Below, in pieces: positions 11,646 to 24,196 of a stretch of 60,198 nucleotides of DNA. The DNA is from Octopus bimaculoides. Taxonomy: Eukaryota. Position numbers and translations under genes: made by a program. Below the pieces are notes generated by a model. It saw only the letters and a list, made by a program, of their open reading frames with translations, did no database searches and was not told the origin of the DNA. Each line of letters begins with the position of its first letter. Position 1 is the stretch's first letter. The stretch covers positions 27,015,677 through 27,075,874 of the forward strand of contig NC_068992.1 of NCBI RefSeq assembly GCF_001194135.2. Reading direction: 5' to 3'.

Positions 11646-12699
11646 TCTAATGGCTGAATCATCGTCAAACCTGATATCACGGCAGCTATATTCACCAATG
11701 CGTGACCAGATACTGGTTGGTTTCGAGGCAGTGAAGCTAAATGAGTGGAAAGCCAATGGATATAATTCAAAAATAAGTCTCAGAGGTGTTCGTCTGCAGT
11801 TTATTGATTACTCCACAAACTGCCCACTGTTAATAGAGAAACTTTGGTAGATTAAAACAGGTTTATTCTTTCTTTCTTTCTTGATATATATGTGTGTGTA
11901 TTTATACACTTACATATCCATGCATATATTGCATATATAGATATGTGTGTACATATACACATGTATATACATATATACATATATATATATATACATATAT
12001 NNNNNNNNNNNNNNNNNNNNNNNNNNNNNNNNNNNNNNNNNNNNNNNNNNNNNNNNNNNNNNNNNNNNNNNNNNNNNNNNNNNNNNNNNNNNNNNNNNNN
12101 NNNNNNNNNNNNNNNNNNNNNNNNNNNNNNNNNNNNNNNNNNNNNNNNNNNNNNNNNNNNNNNNNNNNNNNNNNNNNNNNNNNNNNNNNNNNNNNNNNNN
12201 NNNNNNNNNNNNNNNNNNNNNNNNNNNNNNNNNNNNNNNNNNNNNNNNNNNNNNNNNNNNNNNNNNNNNNNNNNNNNNNNNNNNNNNNNNNNNNNNNNNN
12301 NNNNNNNNNNNNNNNNNNNNNNNNNNNNNNNNNNNNNNNNNNNNNNNNNNNNNNNNNNNNNNNNNNNNNNNNNNNNNNNNNNNNNNNNNNNNNNNNNNNN
12401 NNNNNNNNNNNNNNNNNNNNNNNNNNNNNNNNNNNNNNNNNNNNNNNNNNNNNNNNNNNNNNNNNNNNNNNNNNNNNNNNNNNNNNNNNNNNNNNNNNNN
12501 NNNNNNNNNNNNNNNNNNNNNGTAGTAGCGATGGAAAAGCAATACATATAAACGATAACAAGATTAAAAATAAAATATAAAATAGCATAAAATAGAAACT
12601 AAAATAAAAACAACAAAAACACAAACCATAATACAAAGAAAATTATAACGAGATTATCACACCATACGGTATGATTTTTTTTCATTGTGATTGTTAGAT

Positions 12700-12704
12700 G
12701 AATC

Positions 12705-12751
<47 letters not shown>

Positions 12752-12800
12752 TATCATTATCGGCAGCAGCAACAGCATAACAATCATTATCGCCTTTATC
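12700..12800. repeat. (CAT)n microsatellite
   Basis: Directly visible. Confidence 0.95.
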
Positions 12801-13120
12801 ATTCATCTTTGGCATCATTATCGTCCCCTTTGTGGCTATAAAAACATTAAAAAATCATTACGACAACAGTGTTGAACGTCCTTTCAAATTATATCCATAA
12901 AATATAATCTGAACAGTAAATAACAAGAATTTTAGTATAAAGAACACTAAAATTTTCAATTGTATTTACCCTTAAAGGTTTAATTAACTTTTTTATCGGC
13001 TCCGGAAGAAGGAAACTACAGTAAACCTCGGAAGTCAACACGTAAAACGACGAAGCTAAAGTCTATAATGTATATATTCCGGTCTTCTATTGTTTCTGCC
13101 ACTGAATATGACTAAGCAAT

Positions 13121-13326
13121 TTAGGGCGGCGAGCTGGCAGAATCGGTAACAAGCCGGACAAAATGTTTTGTGGCATTTCGCTTGATTTACGTTCTGAGTT
13201 CAAATTTCATTGAGGTTGTCTTTGCTTTTCATCCTTTATGGGTCGAGAAAATAAGTACTAATTGAGCACTGGCGTCAATGTAATCGACGTACCACCTCCC
13301 TGGAACTTGTTCTAAAACTTGAAACC
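13121..13326 (+). mobile_element. Family B SINE with perfect 16-bp TSD
   Basis: TSD AATATGACTAAGCAAT at 13105-13120 and 13327-13342. Confidence 0.9.
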
Positions 13327-14167
13327 AATATGACTAAGCAATGTTATATAGTAGTAGAACCAGTAACAATTTTATTTACAATCAAAGTGGCGGATGAGAG
13401 CCATAAATTATCGACATAAAGCATGAGGCTTTACATAAAAATATTCGACTGAGAAACAAGACCATGAAATGTAAATATTTATGGAATACAAATAATGAAT
13501 TATAATGATACATAAGGCCAAATGGAAACCCCTTAGATCCATGATTGGCTTGAACATCAAGGGCAAGTAACCACACCAGTTCTCGTTCTCCTACCTACAG
13601 CCATGGTATGTCCACTTTTACTATTTTCGCAAGACTCGCGCAGCTTTCTATATATTCATTTCAAGACAACACCCCACTCTGTTCCATTTCAAGTAAAACT
13701 TGAAAAGAATTAATGTAAGTTAAAGCAATGAGTGAAATCTCTGCCCGCAGACATTTTACCCTCGTCCACCATACAACTTCTTTCTTTGTAATCACCAGAC
13801 TACTTTCCCACCCGGTTAATGAAGGGAAATGAGGCACTCATCACGATACAATCGGCTGATAGCTACATCACTCCCACACACAACACCACGTGTAGTTAAC
13901 CGAGTTAGCAATACCCGGTCATTGAACGACCGTGAGTAAAACGGCTTCTATCGTTCTGCGTGAATCTTGGTTAAAACTGTCTGACGTCGTTTACGTGTCT
14001 GTAGAGCTTATCTCGGAGCGGGGGCGCTGCTTGGTAACAAAACAATCAAAGAATTGCTGGAAGTCATTCATAGTAGTCGTCAGTCCGTATATCTTCTATA
14101 ATACTCCATCAGTTCGTTTCGTAAACGTCAAGAGATTCCTCCAAAAGGTCATCCCTCCTCTCCGATG

Positions 14168-14293
14168 TTAATCCGCTATTAATCCTTTAATGATTGCTGA
14201 GTGAAGCTCCTGTCAATTCCATTGTCTTCATTAATCCGCTATTAATCCTTTAATGATTGCTGAGTGAAGCTCCTGTCAATTCCATTGTCTTCA
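14168..14293. repeat. Perfect 63-bp tandem duplication
   Basis: 14168-14230 is identical to 14231-14293. Confidence 0.95.
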
Positions 14294-14578
14294 TGCTAGA
14301 AACCAGTGTGTTCATGGCAAAATTCCAGAGTCGAAGAGACCAATCTCGACATTATACAAGATTTATTGTATAGTACAGTTTATCAATATTCCTCGCTGTT
14401 TTCCAAGTATATTGCTACTCGTTATTTTTGATATTTCATCAGGAATTTTACGATGGATAGCCTTATATTTTGCTTTGAAACAAGATTACTGACATACAAT
14501 AGTATCAGACTGAGTAAAAAGTAAGCAACGTTTTGAAACATAAAATTCATCACAATATATTTCAACAATGCGGAAATT

Positions 14579-15608
14579 TTATTCATCAAAGTAAGTATCA
14601 TTACAATCAACACATTTTTTTCCAACGAGTTACAAATGTGTTTATTCCGGTAACATAAAGATCTGGAGTTCTAGAGCTGATGAACTCTTTTACGTTCTTT
14701 CAGTATCGGTTTGATTTTTGAACTCTTTCTCTCGCAGGAAGCAATCAAGGTATTTGACAAAGTGGTGGTCAGCAGGAGAAAGGTCTGGGGAATAAGGTGG
14801 GTGGGGAAGAACTTCGTACCTAAGTTCCTTCAACTTCTGGAGCGTCATTGGTGAAACGTCGGGTCGAGCATTGTCATGAAAAATGATTGGCCATCTTCTG
14901 TTGACCAGTCAGGGACGGAATATTTTCGGTTTTTCGTTCATTCTGGCAATTTCGTGGCAATATGTTTCTGCAGTAATGGTTTTTTCCGGGTTTTAAGAAG
15001 TTCTAGTAGATAAGTCCAGCAGTACACCACCAAACAGCCACCATAACCTCCTTATCGACGAGCTCAGATTTAGGGAAGGTTTCGCTGCTTCCTTTCGTTC
15101 CAACCACTGCGAAAACGTTTATTATTATTGTACAGAATCCGCTTTTCATCGCAAGTTACAATACGGTTCAGAAATGGATCGGTCTGGTTATGGAGAAGAA
15201 ACAACGAGCAAATTTAATATCTGCGCATTTTTTTTATTTTCATTCAAGTCGTGTGGTAACCCCATGTCGAGCTTTTTTGATTTACCGATCACATGCAAAT
15301 GGTTGCAGGCAGTTTTCTGGCTAACTTGAAGTTCTTTTGTCAGTTCTCTCGCGGTTTTACGTGGATCTTTCTCAATGACGGCCTTTAAGTGACCGTCATC
15401 GATGAGAGATGGGCGTCCACAACGCTCATGATCTTCGTGGCACAGGTTTTCCACTGTGAAATCGTTTAAAGCATTTTCGAGTTGACCACTCACTGGTCAT
15501 ATCCTCACCAAACGTTTCGCTGCTATCGCCAGCAGTTTCAGCTGCTTTACGTCCTTTTTTGAAGTTGAATAACAAAATTGCTCGAATATCGCGCTTCGAC
15601 AGTTCCGT
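14579..15608 (-). pseudogene. Mariner transposase pseudogene (multiple stops and frameshifts)
   Basis: ELSKRDIRAILLFNFKKGRKAAETA...GRPSLIDD...FLNRIVTCDEKRILY (D1)...IFHDNARP (D2)...LPHPPYSPDLSPADHH (D3)...FVTRWKKCVDCNDTYFDE*. Confidence 0.92.
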
Positions 15609-15687
15609 TTCAGATGATTGTAACAAAGGGGGAAAATAATATCAATGTTAATTTATTGATGCATTTGGGCAAGTCTATATCTGTATT

Positions 15688-15898
15688 CTTTTCTTTTCTA
15701 GGCACAAGGCCCGAAATTTTGGGGAAGAGGGCCAGTCAATTAGAGCGACCCCAGTACTCAACTGGTACTTAATTTATCGGCTCCGGAAGGATGAAGGGAA
15801 AAGTCGACCTCAGCGGAATTTGAACTCATAACGTAGACAGACGAAAGACCGCTAAGGATTTTGCCGGCGTGCTAACGTGTCTGCCAGCTCGCCACCTT
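15688..15898 (-). mobile_element. Family B SINE nested in the mariner 5' UTR
   Basis: 17-bp TSD AAGTCTATATCTGTATT (15671-15687) / AAGTCTGTGTCTGTATT (15899-15915), 2 mismatches. Confidence 0.9.
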
Positions 15899-16798
15899 AA
15901 GTCTGTGTCTGTATTATCAGAAAATTGCAAGAAAATTTTTTTAAAAATTCAAAACTCTGCAAAAATCCGGTACAAATTCTTCGTGGTTCAGAACGTTGCT
16001 TACTTTTTACTCAACTTGATAGAAATATCCTGTTCTAAATTTCATTGCAGTAAGTTCCCGTCTAAGATTTTTTTTTATTTTCATATTCTATTTCTTTAAT
16101 TAAGCACTTATTAGAAAGCATGGTCATTATACCAACATAAAATCGGAAGGAAAGTATTTACTAATGGGAATACCAACCATAAGAGCAGAAATCTTTGTTG
16201 CACCAAAAACCCGACTTGACAAAACAATAATACAAATATTGGCTCGACTGGAAAATATTTATGAACGCACACGAAGTACCCATCAGCAATTTGGAACTAT
16301 AGAGAAATTTTGGAATCATAAAGCAATAAATCAACTCTGCATAAGCATTATGACTCAAGCGAAGTTATAAGGACATAAGAAGAAATGTTTATTGGAAAGT
16401 TCAAATCAGTTCTGTATGTACAGTAATATTGATTCAAATTTAATTTGACTAAAGAATAACGTTCGCACAAAAACTGGTGTAATATTGTAAATATTATCTT
16501 CCTTCATTTCTACAACAGTGCTGCATATTTATTGTTACTCTGGCTATATGCAAATTCATTTCGCTGCAGTTACCACTGTTATGCATTCACCGTGATATAG
16601 TTACTATTGCATTATAAATATTTACCCGAAGTTGTTATAAAGACGCGAAAGAACTTGTGAAAACGCAAAAATATATTTAAAAAGTAGAATACGAAATGTT
16701 GGACTAAAATATTATTTTTACATAATTCTACAATCAGTAACCTAAACATACATGTATACATATATGCATATGCATGATCGTCTGAACGTCTGTATTTA

Positions 16799-18412
16799 TG
16801 TCATTATTCAGTTTTATTTCAAGATTTCTTAACAATAAAGAAGGAGCAGGTTTCTAACCTAGATCCAAGGCTCCGCCATTACAATTTCAACATCAACAGT
16901 GTATTTTTGTATGCATGTATGTACGTATGCATACGTGCAGATTTGGATGTTTTGTTTTATGTATGTCTACTTATACATATACTTACATATCTAGATATGT
17001 TCATTTATACTTAAATGATGAACTTCTGGAAAGTTTTACCGATATTTACAATTCCAGTAATAGATTGGAGCTATAGTCTTCGAATAATATTTCTCTTTTC
17101 TGGTTTTGAGACGCCTGATTTCTCAAGATTGGTAATTAGGCGGTGTGTTACATATCTGTACACAGTTTCTCTTCTCTATCCCAAATCATTATATCAGGAC
17201 AATTGTGTTTACATTTTATTGAGGTTTTCGCTGGGACATTCCACCAGCTCTCTTTTTTATTATGAATGGCTATGACTTCCACCAAACTATGGGTTCGTAT
17301 TTCTTTGTCCTCGGAGTTATCCTTTCGATAGAACTAGTTATACAGTGTCCTAGCTACAACATCATTTCTCATCGATAGATAATACCGTATGACATTTTTA
17401 GACAACTGCTTATGATGTAGGTGATATCTTCGGTGTTCACCCCACAAAGTCTGTATATCATTTATCAGATTGTACTGCTTTTCCTGCATCTCTGTCCCTT
17501 TTGTGCATCAGTTATTTGATTGATATTTCCTGTTACTAGATTACAAACGCATACCCTTCAAAGTGGGAGATACTAATCCGGTTGTTAGTCCATGATAGAC
17601 TGCTTTGGTGATCAATATTACTATCATCTCTGAGCTTTCTAATAATATATCCATGCGTGGTCTTCTGCTCATATATGCTCATCCTTTCATCTGATGATAC
17701 GTCGCGGTAGAGTCGTGCGACTTCTCTGAGCATGTATTTAAGGTTATCAGACAAGGAATGCTGCTCAAGGAGCTGTCTTCTGATGTTATCAGTCTCATGT
17801 ATGCAAATTTGGTCAAGGGATGCACATCGACACTTGGTGGTTAAAAGTTGTTGCCGAAGGGATATGATACGAGATTCAAAGGCATTTTGGATAGAATTTA
17901 AGCCTCTGCCGCCTTGTTTTTGTTTTAGGTAGAGGCGGTCTACGTCACTGTTTATGTGGAAACTATATGTGGTTGTTAGTATTTTCCGGGTTTTCACATC
18001 AATGGCTCGGATATCATCAAGCGTCCAATCAAGCAGCCCAAATGTTGGTATGAGTAGTGGCACTGCAAACACATTGTGGGCCTCTGTTTTATTAAATGCA
18101 GAAAGTTCCGAGATTAAAATTTTCTTTATTTGGCTGTAATATTTTTAGTGACACGTGTTTTCTATTGTAAGATATGTTTTCATCCACCCCTAGATATCTG
18201 TGACATTCCTCATCAGATATAGAAAAAACAGTCAAATCATTTATAGAGATGTTGCTAGTCTGCTTTACAGTTTTGCCCTTTTTCACAATCATCTAACAAC
18301 ATTTATCCTAACTAAACTCCGACCTTGCATCCTTTGAGAATATCGTAACCAGGTCAAGGCTTTTTTTCAACTCTGATTTATAGGTGATGGGGATCTTAGT
18401 GCCTGATGTGCA
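16799..18412 (-). mobile_element. 5'-truncated RLE-type non-LTR retrotransposon (R4/Dong-like), copy 1
   Basis: End of RT (HRYLGVDENI), thumb DVDRLYLKQKQGGRGL, HFEGYAF, CCHC knuckle region and KHNCPDIMIWDREE (RLE PD motif). About 170 bp of the RLE is deleted relative to copy 2. The 3' UTR carries (TACA)n. Confidence 0.88.
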
Positions 18413-18869
18413 GAATTCACTCATTATTTTTAGCGATGAAACGTAATGAAGTCTACTTAATTATATGATGTACATAACAACCAGGTAACATGTGTGAAAA
18501 GACAGAGATAAATGGTCGTTGACACTTCCAGTAACACTACCGAAATCGAAATATGGATTGTAACTTGACTAGTCAAAGCAGAGATTTCTAGGATTTGTAT
18601 TAGAACACGAAGTATTTGCAATGGGTTATAAGTGTAGTCGATTGGGTCAGTCTTCATATTATTCTAATATTTACGCTATTGATGTTGGGTGAATCAAAGA
18701 TAAACTGGGCCTTGGCCTGATCCGATGAAATATGCTGAGAAATGTAAATGATGATTCATATAATCTTTTTGTAAAGATGTAAATGAATGTAAATTGGAAT
18801 TAAATACTTTCAGAATGTAAATGACTCGTTTACACTATAAGGTATTTTATTTGTGGAACTAGAGTTTGT

Positions 18870-19075
18870 GCCTCTCACCTCTCCCCAACATACCAAACAA
18901 TTGATTTATAAATTGAGACAGCCACACACATTAAATCCACACCCAGTAAAAGTCATTGTTACTTTATCAACTATGGAAGAATAAAAAGTAAATTTAGTCT
19001 TGCTGGAATTCAAACACAGACCTTATAAGAAATAGTTCGGTACTGCAAGACATTTTGTTTGGGCCTCTGTCAATT
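18870..19075 (-). mobile_element. Highly diverged family B SINE
   Basis: Residual TTTATCAACTATGGAAGAATAAAAAGTAAATTTAGTCTTGCTGGAATTCAAAC matches the central domain and B-box. Confidence 0.5.
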
Positions 19076-20884
19076 TAATTTGTCTGAATATCTACCAATT
19101 CTGCAAACCCTGTGATCACAATTTACCGAAATACTACTCCCTGACATTGGTATGGGGTTACATATATTATCGATGTCGATTAACATTAATTTCAATAAAT
19201 AGTTAATTTTACATACTTGATACTATTCCATATCAATTACCAATAATATTGTTGATACTATTCGTGCTAGAGTTTTATCGTTAACATCTGACTAACATTT
19301 TATTTCATTAATCAGGAATGATGAAAGTTAAAGTTAGCCGTGACATGATTCGACATCGAAACGATGTGTCGCAAATAATAACGGAAATGAGTTTTGTTCA
19401 GATATCAAAATTCTTCTCAACCCACTACACTCAATTTGCTGAAATATTGCTATTACTCCTCGTTTCGTTCGCTTCTTGATTTTACGTTTAATTTTCCTCT
19501 ATACCAAGAACATAAGCTTTATGCTTCGTTATTCTACTCGATGATACAAAACAGTAACTCTCTTCTGTTGCTGCTTGGTTCTTTACTCAATCAATCATTG
19601 TATATCACGTTCTATTGGGAACAACACTGAATAAAGGATATAAGTGAATGAAATTGGAAATACAAAACGCATCAAAAATATATAATACGTCAGAATCAAT
19701 GTTGAAGCTCAATGAATCTGACCCTAGGAAATGAAGATTTATTACTTTTCTAATCATTTACAACATCGATATCCTCCGAGGGATAAGACTCTCAATCTTC
19801 ATGCTTTATGAACGTTTGCTCCACCGGGATATACTTTTCACACAATTAATGAGATTCTCATGAATTATGATTGTTCGATAATTGCTTATTTTAATTAATA
19901 ATTTCTTTTATAAGTTAGATAACATTGGATATCAACACATTTTAAGCTAAATGAATTTGGAAACTTTGCTCCTCTTGTAGATTTGATAGTAATTATATTT
20001 TTATTGCGTTTATACAGTTTTCGCATTAACTCTGTCAGTGACGGTTTAAATACGACTGTAGAAAGTTTGATGATAGATTTTCTGACTTTACTCCCAATTT
20101 TTAATTAAACGTCTAAATACAGGTTTCAAATCACCATCCTTCTTTCAAAAGCTCACTGATGTCATAGAGCTTTAGATTAACACCAATACATTACATTACA
20201 CCAATACATTACATTACACTTGAATGTGTCACGCCCCACTCTTTTTTGTACAACTTTAAGAAGATTTTGGCACAATAATGTAAACTAACAAAACAAGATT
20301 TATATTAAAGTACTCCTAAGTGGGCGTTCGCCCTGTTAGAAATAATAGATACATCTCCCTCGAGTAATATCTTACTGTATAGGTTCCCAAACTGGAATCT
20401 ACGAATTTAGTATTGGAGCTTAATAAAATGTTGTTAATTAATAAACAATTTTTGATGTGATATTAAAATTGGCAAATGGAGCCAGGTGTCAGTTAATAAA
20501 ATTGGGGGATGAAAACGAACAACCAATTTGTCGTTAGTTACTATATCGTTAGTTCATAAAATGTGCTTGATTAGTAAAATTGGGAACTGAAACTGGCAAA
20601 ATGAATTTGTTGTTAGTCGATAAAATATAGAGTAGATAATCCTTTCAAAGGTTTGAGATCAGTAAGAACATTGATTTAAATATTAGGGACCTTAGTTGGG
20701 AAAGCTTAGAAATCACTTCTTTACCATCTTGAAAGTAGGGAAACAGAGTGGATAATGTAGCTTTAGGTTAGATAGACAATTCCAAATTGAAGGACAGGGT
20801 AATCAGCACGAGAATGTCGATCACAGATATGTTCAGTCACAGGTGACCTAGGGTTAAGCAAAAATAACTATGATTTAAAATTTT

Positions 20885-21246
20885 GCTAAAAGGCCAGCAA
20901 TTTCAGGGGTTGATTAAATCGACCCCATTGTTCAATTGGTATTTATTCTATCGACCGGGAAAGGATGAAAGCCAAAATCAACCACGGCGTAATTTAAACT
21001 GAGGACGTAAAGAGGGACAAAATGCCACTAAGCATTTTATCCGGCGTGCTAATGATTCTGGCAACTCACCGCCTTCAACAAAAATAAAAATGATTTCAAT
21101 TTTAAGCTCAGCAATTTCGGGGAAGGGGTACTTATGCACAACTGGTACGTCAACCTCGGTGGAATTTGAACTCAGAACGTAAAGACGAATTTAATATTAC
21201 TAAGCACTTTATTCGACAGCTAATGATTCTGCCAGCTTGCTGCCTT
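20885..21246 (-). mobile_element. Two tandem family B SINEs (about 20885-21075 and 21090-21246)
   Basis: Both end in the reverse-complement head (...CTAATGATTCTG...GCCTT); the second lacks part of the central domain. Confidence 0.8.
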
Positions 21247-21452
21247 GTACGAAAACGATTATAACAACGTATAAGTTATGTGAGAACACTTAGCTATTTC
21301 CTTCACTGGTGCAGTGTATTGTTGGTACTAAGATATAAACCGTCGCTTAGTTTTATTTATTGTGAGCTGGAAATTTCAATTGTAATGTCACATAATCTGA
21401 TGCATAAAGTGTTAGACATACGTGAATACAGTGCTTATAGATTACTCTTCAC

Positions 21453-21760
21453 TCTTTTACTTGTTCCAGTCATTGGACTGTGGCCTTGCTGGAGTATCGC
21501 ATTGAATGTTTTGGTCAAATAAATCGCCCACAGCACTTATGTTGTTTTAAGTCTGGTAATTGTTCTATCGACCCCTTTTGCAGAAACGCTAAGTAACAAG
21601 TATGTAAAACAAGCCAACAACTGTCATCAAGCGGTGGTGGGGACACACACATACATACACATACACTCACACACTCACATAGACAAACACAAACACACAT
21701 ATATATATACATACACTCACACACTCACAAAGATACACACACACACACACAGATACATGC

Positions 21761-21791
<31 letters not shown>

Positions 21792-21930
21792 CGATGGAAT
21801 TCTTTCAGTTTTCTTCAATTAATTCCATTCACCAGGCTTTGGTCGGCTCCTGTCTAAGGTAGAAGACATTTGCCCGAGGTGCTGCACAACGGAACCGAAC
21901 ACGAGTCCATGTAGATGGGGAGCAAACTTC
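21453..21930 (-). mobile_element. Family A CORE-type SINE with expanded internal (CA)/(TACA) microsatellite
   Basis: 3' end TTTACTTGTTCCAGTCAT and CORE-like AGAAGACATTTGCCCGAGGTGC. Confidence 0.8.
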
Positions 21931-21974
21931 TGTAATTTGCTGAAAGAAAACTTTAAATGTTTTCATAGCCACAC

Positions 21975-22090
21975 TTCCTTCCTACCTTCCTACCTTCTTT
22001 CCTTCGTACCTACCTTCCTTCCTTCCTTGCTTCTTTCTTTCCTTATCTCATTTCTTCCTTCCTTCTTTCCTCCTTTCTTTTCTTTCTCTC
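21975..22090. repeat. (CCTT)n/(CTTT)n microsatellite
   Basis: Directly visible; lies at the 3' end of the RTE fragment. Confidence 0.9.
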
Positions 22091-22094
22091 CTGT

Positions 22095-22232
22095 CCTTGA
22101 AACGTGTGGTCATTGTGACATTCGTTAATGACTTCGGGACCAGATTTTCGTCACTTTTCTCGATCTTCTGCTGCCCTCTGTGAGTCGGCGAAATTGAGGC
22201 CTGTCCACTCTTGGATGTTAACCCGGGCAACC
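22095..22232 (-). mobile_element. RTE-clade LINE 3' terminal fragment
   Basis: NIQEWTGLNFADSQRAAEDREK* resembles the RTE ORF C-terminal pattern (NIKEWTG...RAAEDR..WR), recalled from memory. Confidence 0.7.
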
Positions 22233-23808
22233 AACCATCCAGTATATATTTTTAATTTGGTTTCCATCAGACTAGACCACATGACTAAATATATACCTGA
22301 GATGAGAAGAGAGAGGGAAAATATAAAATAAATCATAAATAATACACAGAAATATACAGGGTAATATATACAAAATAGACATACATGCACTTACCTGTGA
22401 TACTTATGAGAAATAGAGATAGATGTATAAAAGGGGGGGGGATAATAAAAATAAGTAAATAGATATATAGGTAAATAGATAAATAAATAACTCTATAAAT
22501 AAATCTCTCACATACCTGTGATAAATATAAGACATATAGATAGATAAAATAAATAAAACTATATATAGGGCACGGATACATATTATATACAAAGCGAACC
22601 CATACACACACACAAACAGACACACATGAAATTTCATGGACGGCCATAATAATGTCAACAACATAATTAACAACATCAGCAGCAGCAGCGGTGACAACGA
22701 TGGCACTAACAACAACAACTACCACGGTGACAACACCGTGTGCGAACACACATACACAGAGGAACGCAGGGACTGTATCATATTCTTTTTTTTTTCGGGT
22801 CTTCGGACAGCAGCAGCAAAATGGGGTGAGAGGAAGACTACATTGTTGCTAAAAACTATGACACACATACACGCATACACACACACATACACACACGCAC
22901 ACACACACAAACAAAGACACAAACGCATGCACACATAAGGATACACATTTTAGAAGAAGAGAATGGAGTAAGTGGAGCAAGAACACATACGAAAATGAAA
23001 AGTGTCGCTGAAGACGTCATAGAAGTGTAACGAAAGATTTGCGGACAACGAACATGAATTATGATAATGAAATAAGAACAGTAATAAACGAGTGAAAAGA
23101 TATACAGAGCGTGTGTTTTTTTTTTTTCCAAAAATCAAAAAAAAAATTACCATCCCGAAATACAACAATATATATATATATATATATATANNNNNNNNNN
23201 NNNNNNNNNNNNNNNNNNNNNNNNNNNNNNNNNNNNTATATCATCATAATTGACGATTCCCTGCCCTCATTTCTTGTATATATATATATATATATATATA
23301 CAACAATGGTACAAGAACGCAAAACATCCAGACAAACAACACAAAGTAAAACAAAGACGGGTCATTCAGAGTTTTCTATTCTCAGTTGAGTTCCAAATTA
23401 TCTTTGCAATTTCAGCTGGTTATACTTGAGATTGCTCCAATCTGGCCAGCCCCAAAGAAAAAATTGGCTAAGAAAGCAGCGAATGTATACGAAAGCAAGG
23501 ACGCAAAAAACGGAGAAATGATACACAAATACAAATGCAATAACAGAACATAACAACAGGTGTCTTTCGACTAAGGATGAATTAAGTTAAGCTGGTGTAT
23601 ATCGAAGTAATGCCTTACGTCAGGGACATGAGATTTTACAGGCACAGGGAATAATATAGATGTTGCACGGATGGTAGTCGAAACTCAGAGTAGCAATTTT
23701 TGTGATGTCTTTGCAGCTTTATTAATAAAGAATATATATGTATATATATAGAGAGAGAGAGACAGACAGACAGAGATGTATGTAGGTATGTGTGTGTATA
23801 TGTGTGTA

Positions 23809-23986
23809 ATAATCTTTTCCACTCTAAGCACAAGGCCCAGTACGCAACTGGTACTTAATTTATCGATCCCGAAAGGCTGAAAGGCAAAGTCGACCTCGGC
23901 AGAATTTGAACTCAGAACGTAAAAGCAGACGAAATACCGCAAAGAATTTCACTCGGCATGCTAACGTTTCTGCCAGCTCGCCACCT
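23809..23986 (-). mobile_element. Family B SINE with internal deletion in the tail
   Basis: Tail joins directly to the central domain (AAGGCCC|AGTACGCAAC); imperfect TSD TATATGTGTGTA/TATATGTTTGTA. Confidence 0.88.
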
Positions 23987-24136
23987 TTATATGTTTGTAT
24001 ATTAAAAACCTAATTTAGTACCACTTGTAGCAAATTTGACAAATTCGTTCAAACTTCAGCAGATCGTTTTATTTGACAATATTCACGGCGCGTACACGCA
24101 CCACACACGTACACACACATTTTAGATACATGCATC

Positions 24137-24195
<59 letters not shown>
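24137..24195. repeat. (TG)n microsatellite
   Basis: Directly visible; similar (CA)n/(GT)n tracts at about 25862-25912 and 29615-29683. Confidence 0.95.

Positions 24196-24196
<1 letters not shown>

Larger units (their letters stand above)
14503..16021 (-). mobile_element. Full-length degenerate mariner (DD34D) transposon with TIRs and TA target, interrupted by a SINE
   Basis: Left TIR TATCAGACTGAGTAAAAAGTAAGCAACGTT(TTGAA) at 14503 pairs with (TTCAG)AACGTTGCTTACTTTTTACTCAACTTGATA ending at 16021. Length is about 1.3 kb once the SINE is removed. Confidence 0.92.

Noticed and set aside
13575-13615. 5-nt microexon CAG|CCATG|GTATGT
   Set aside because: It appears to lie in an unclassified interspersed repeat, so the splice-like signals are probably incidental.
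23290-23640. Segment resembling an interspersed repeat family
   Set aside because: No second copy in the window and no diagnostic motif, so it was left unclassified.
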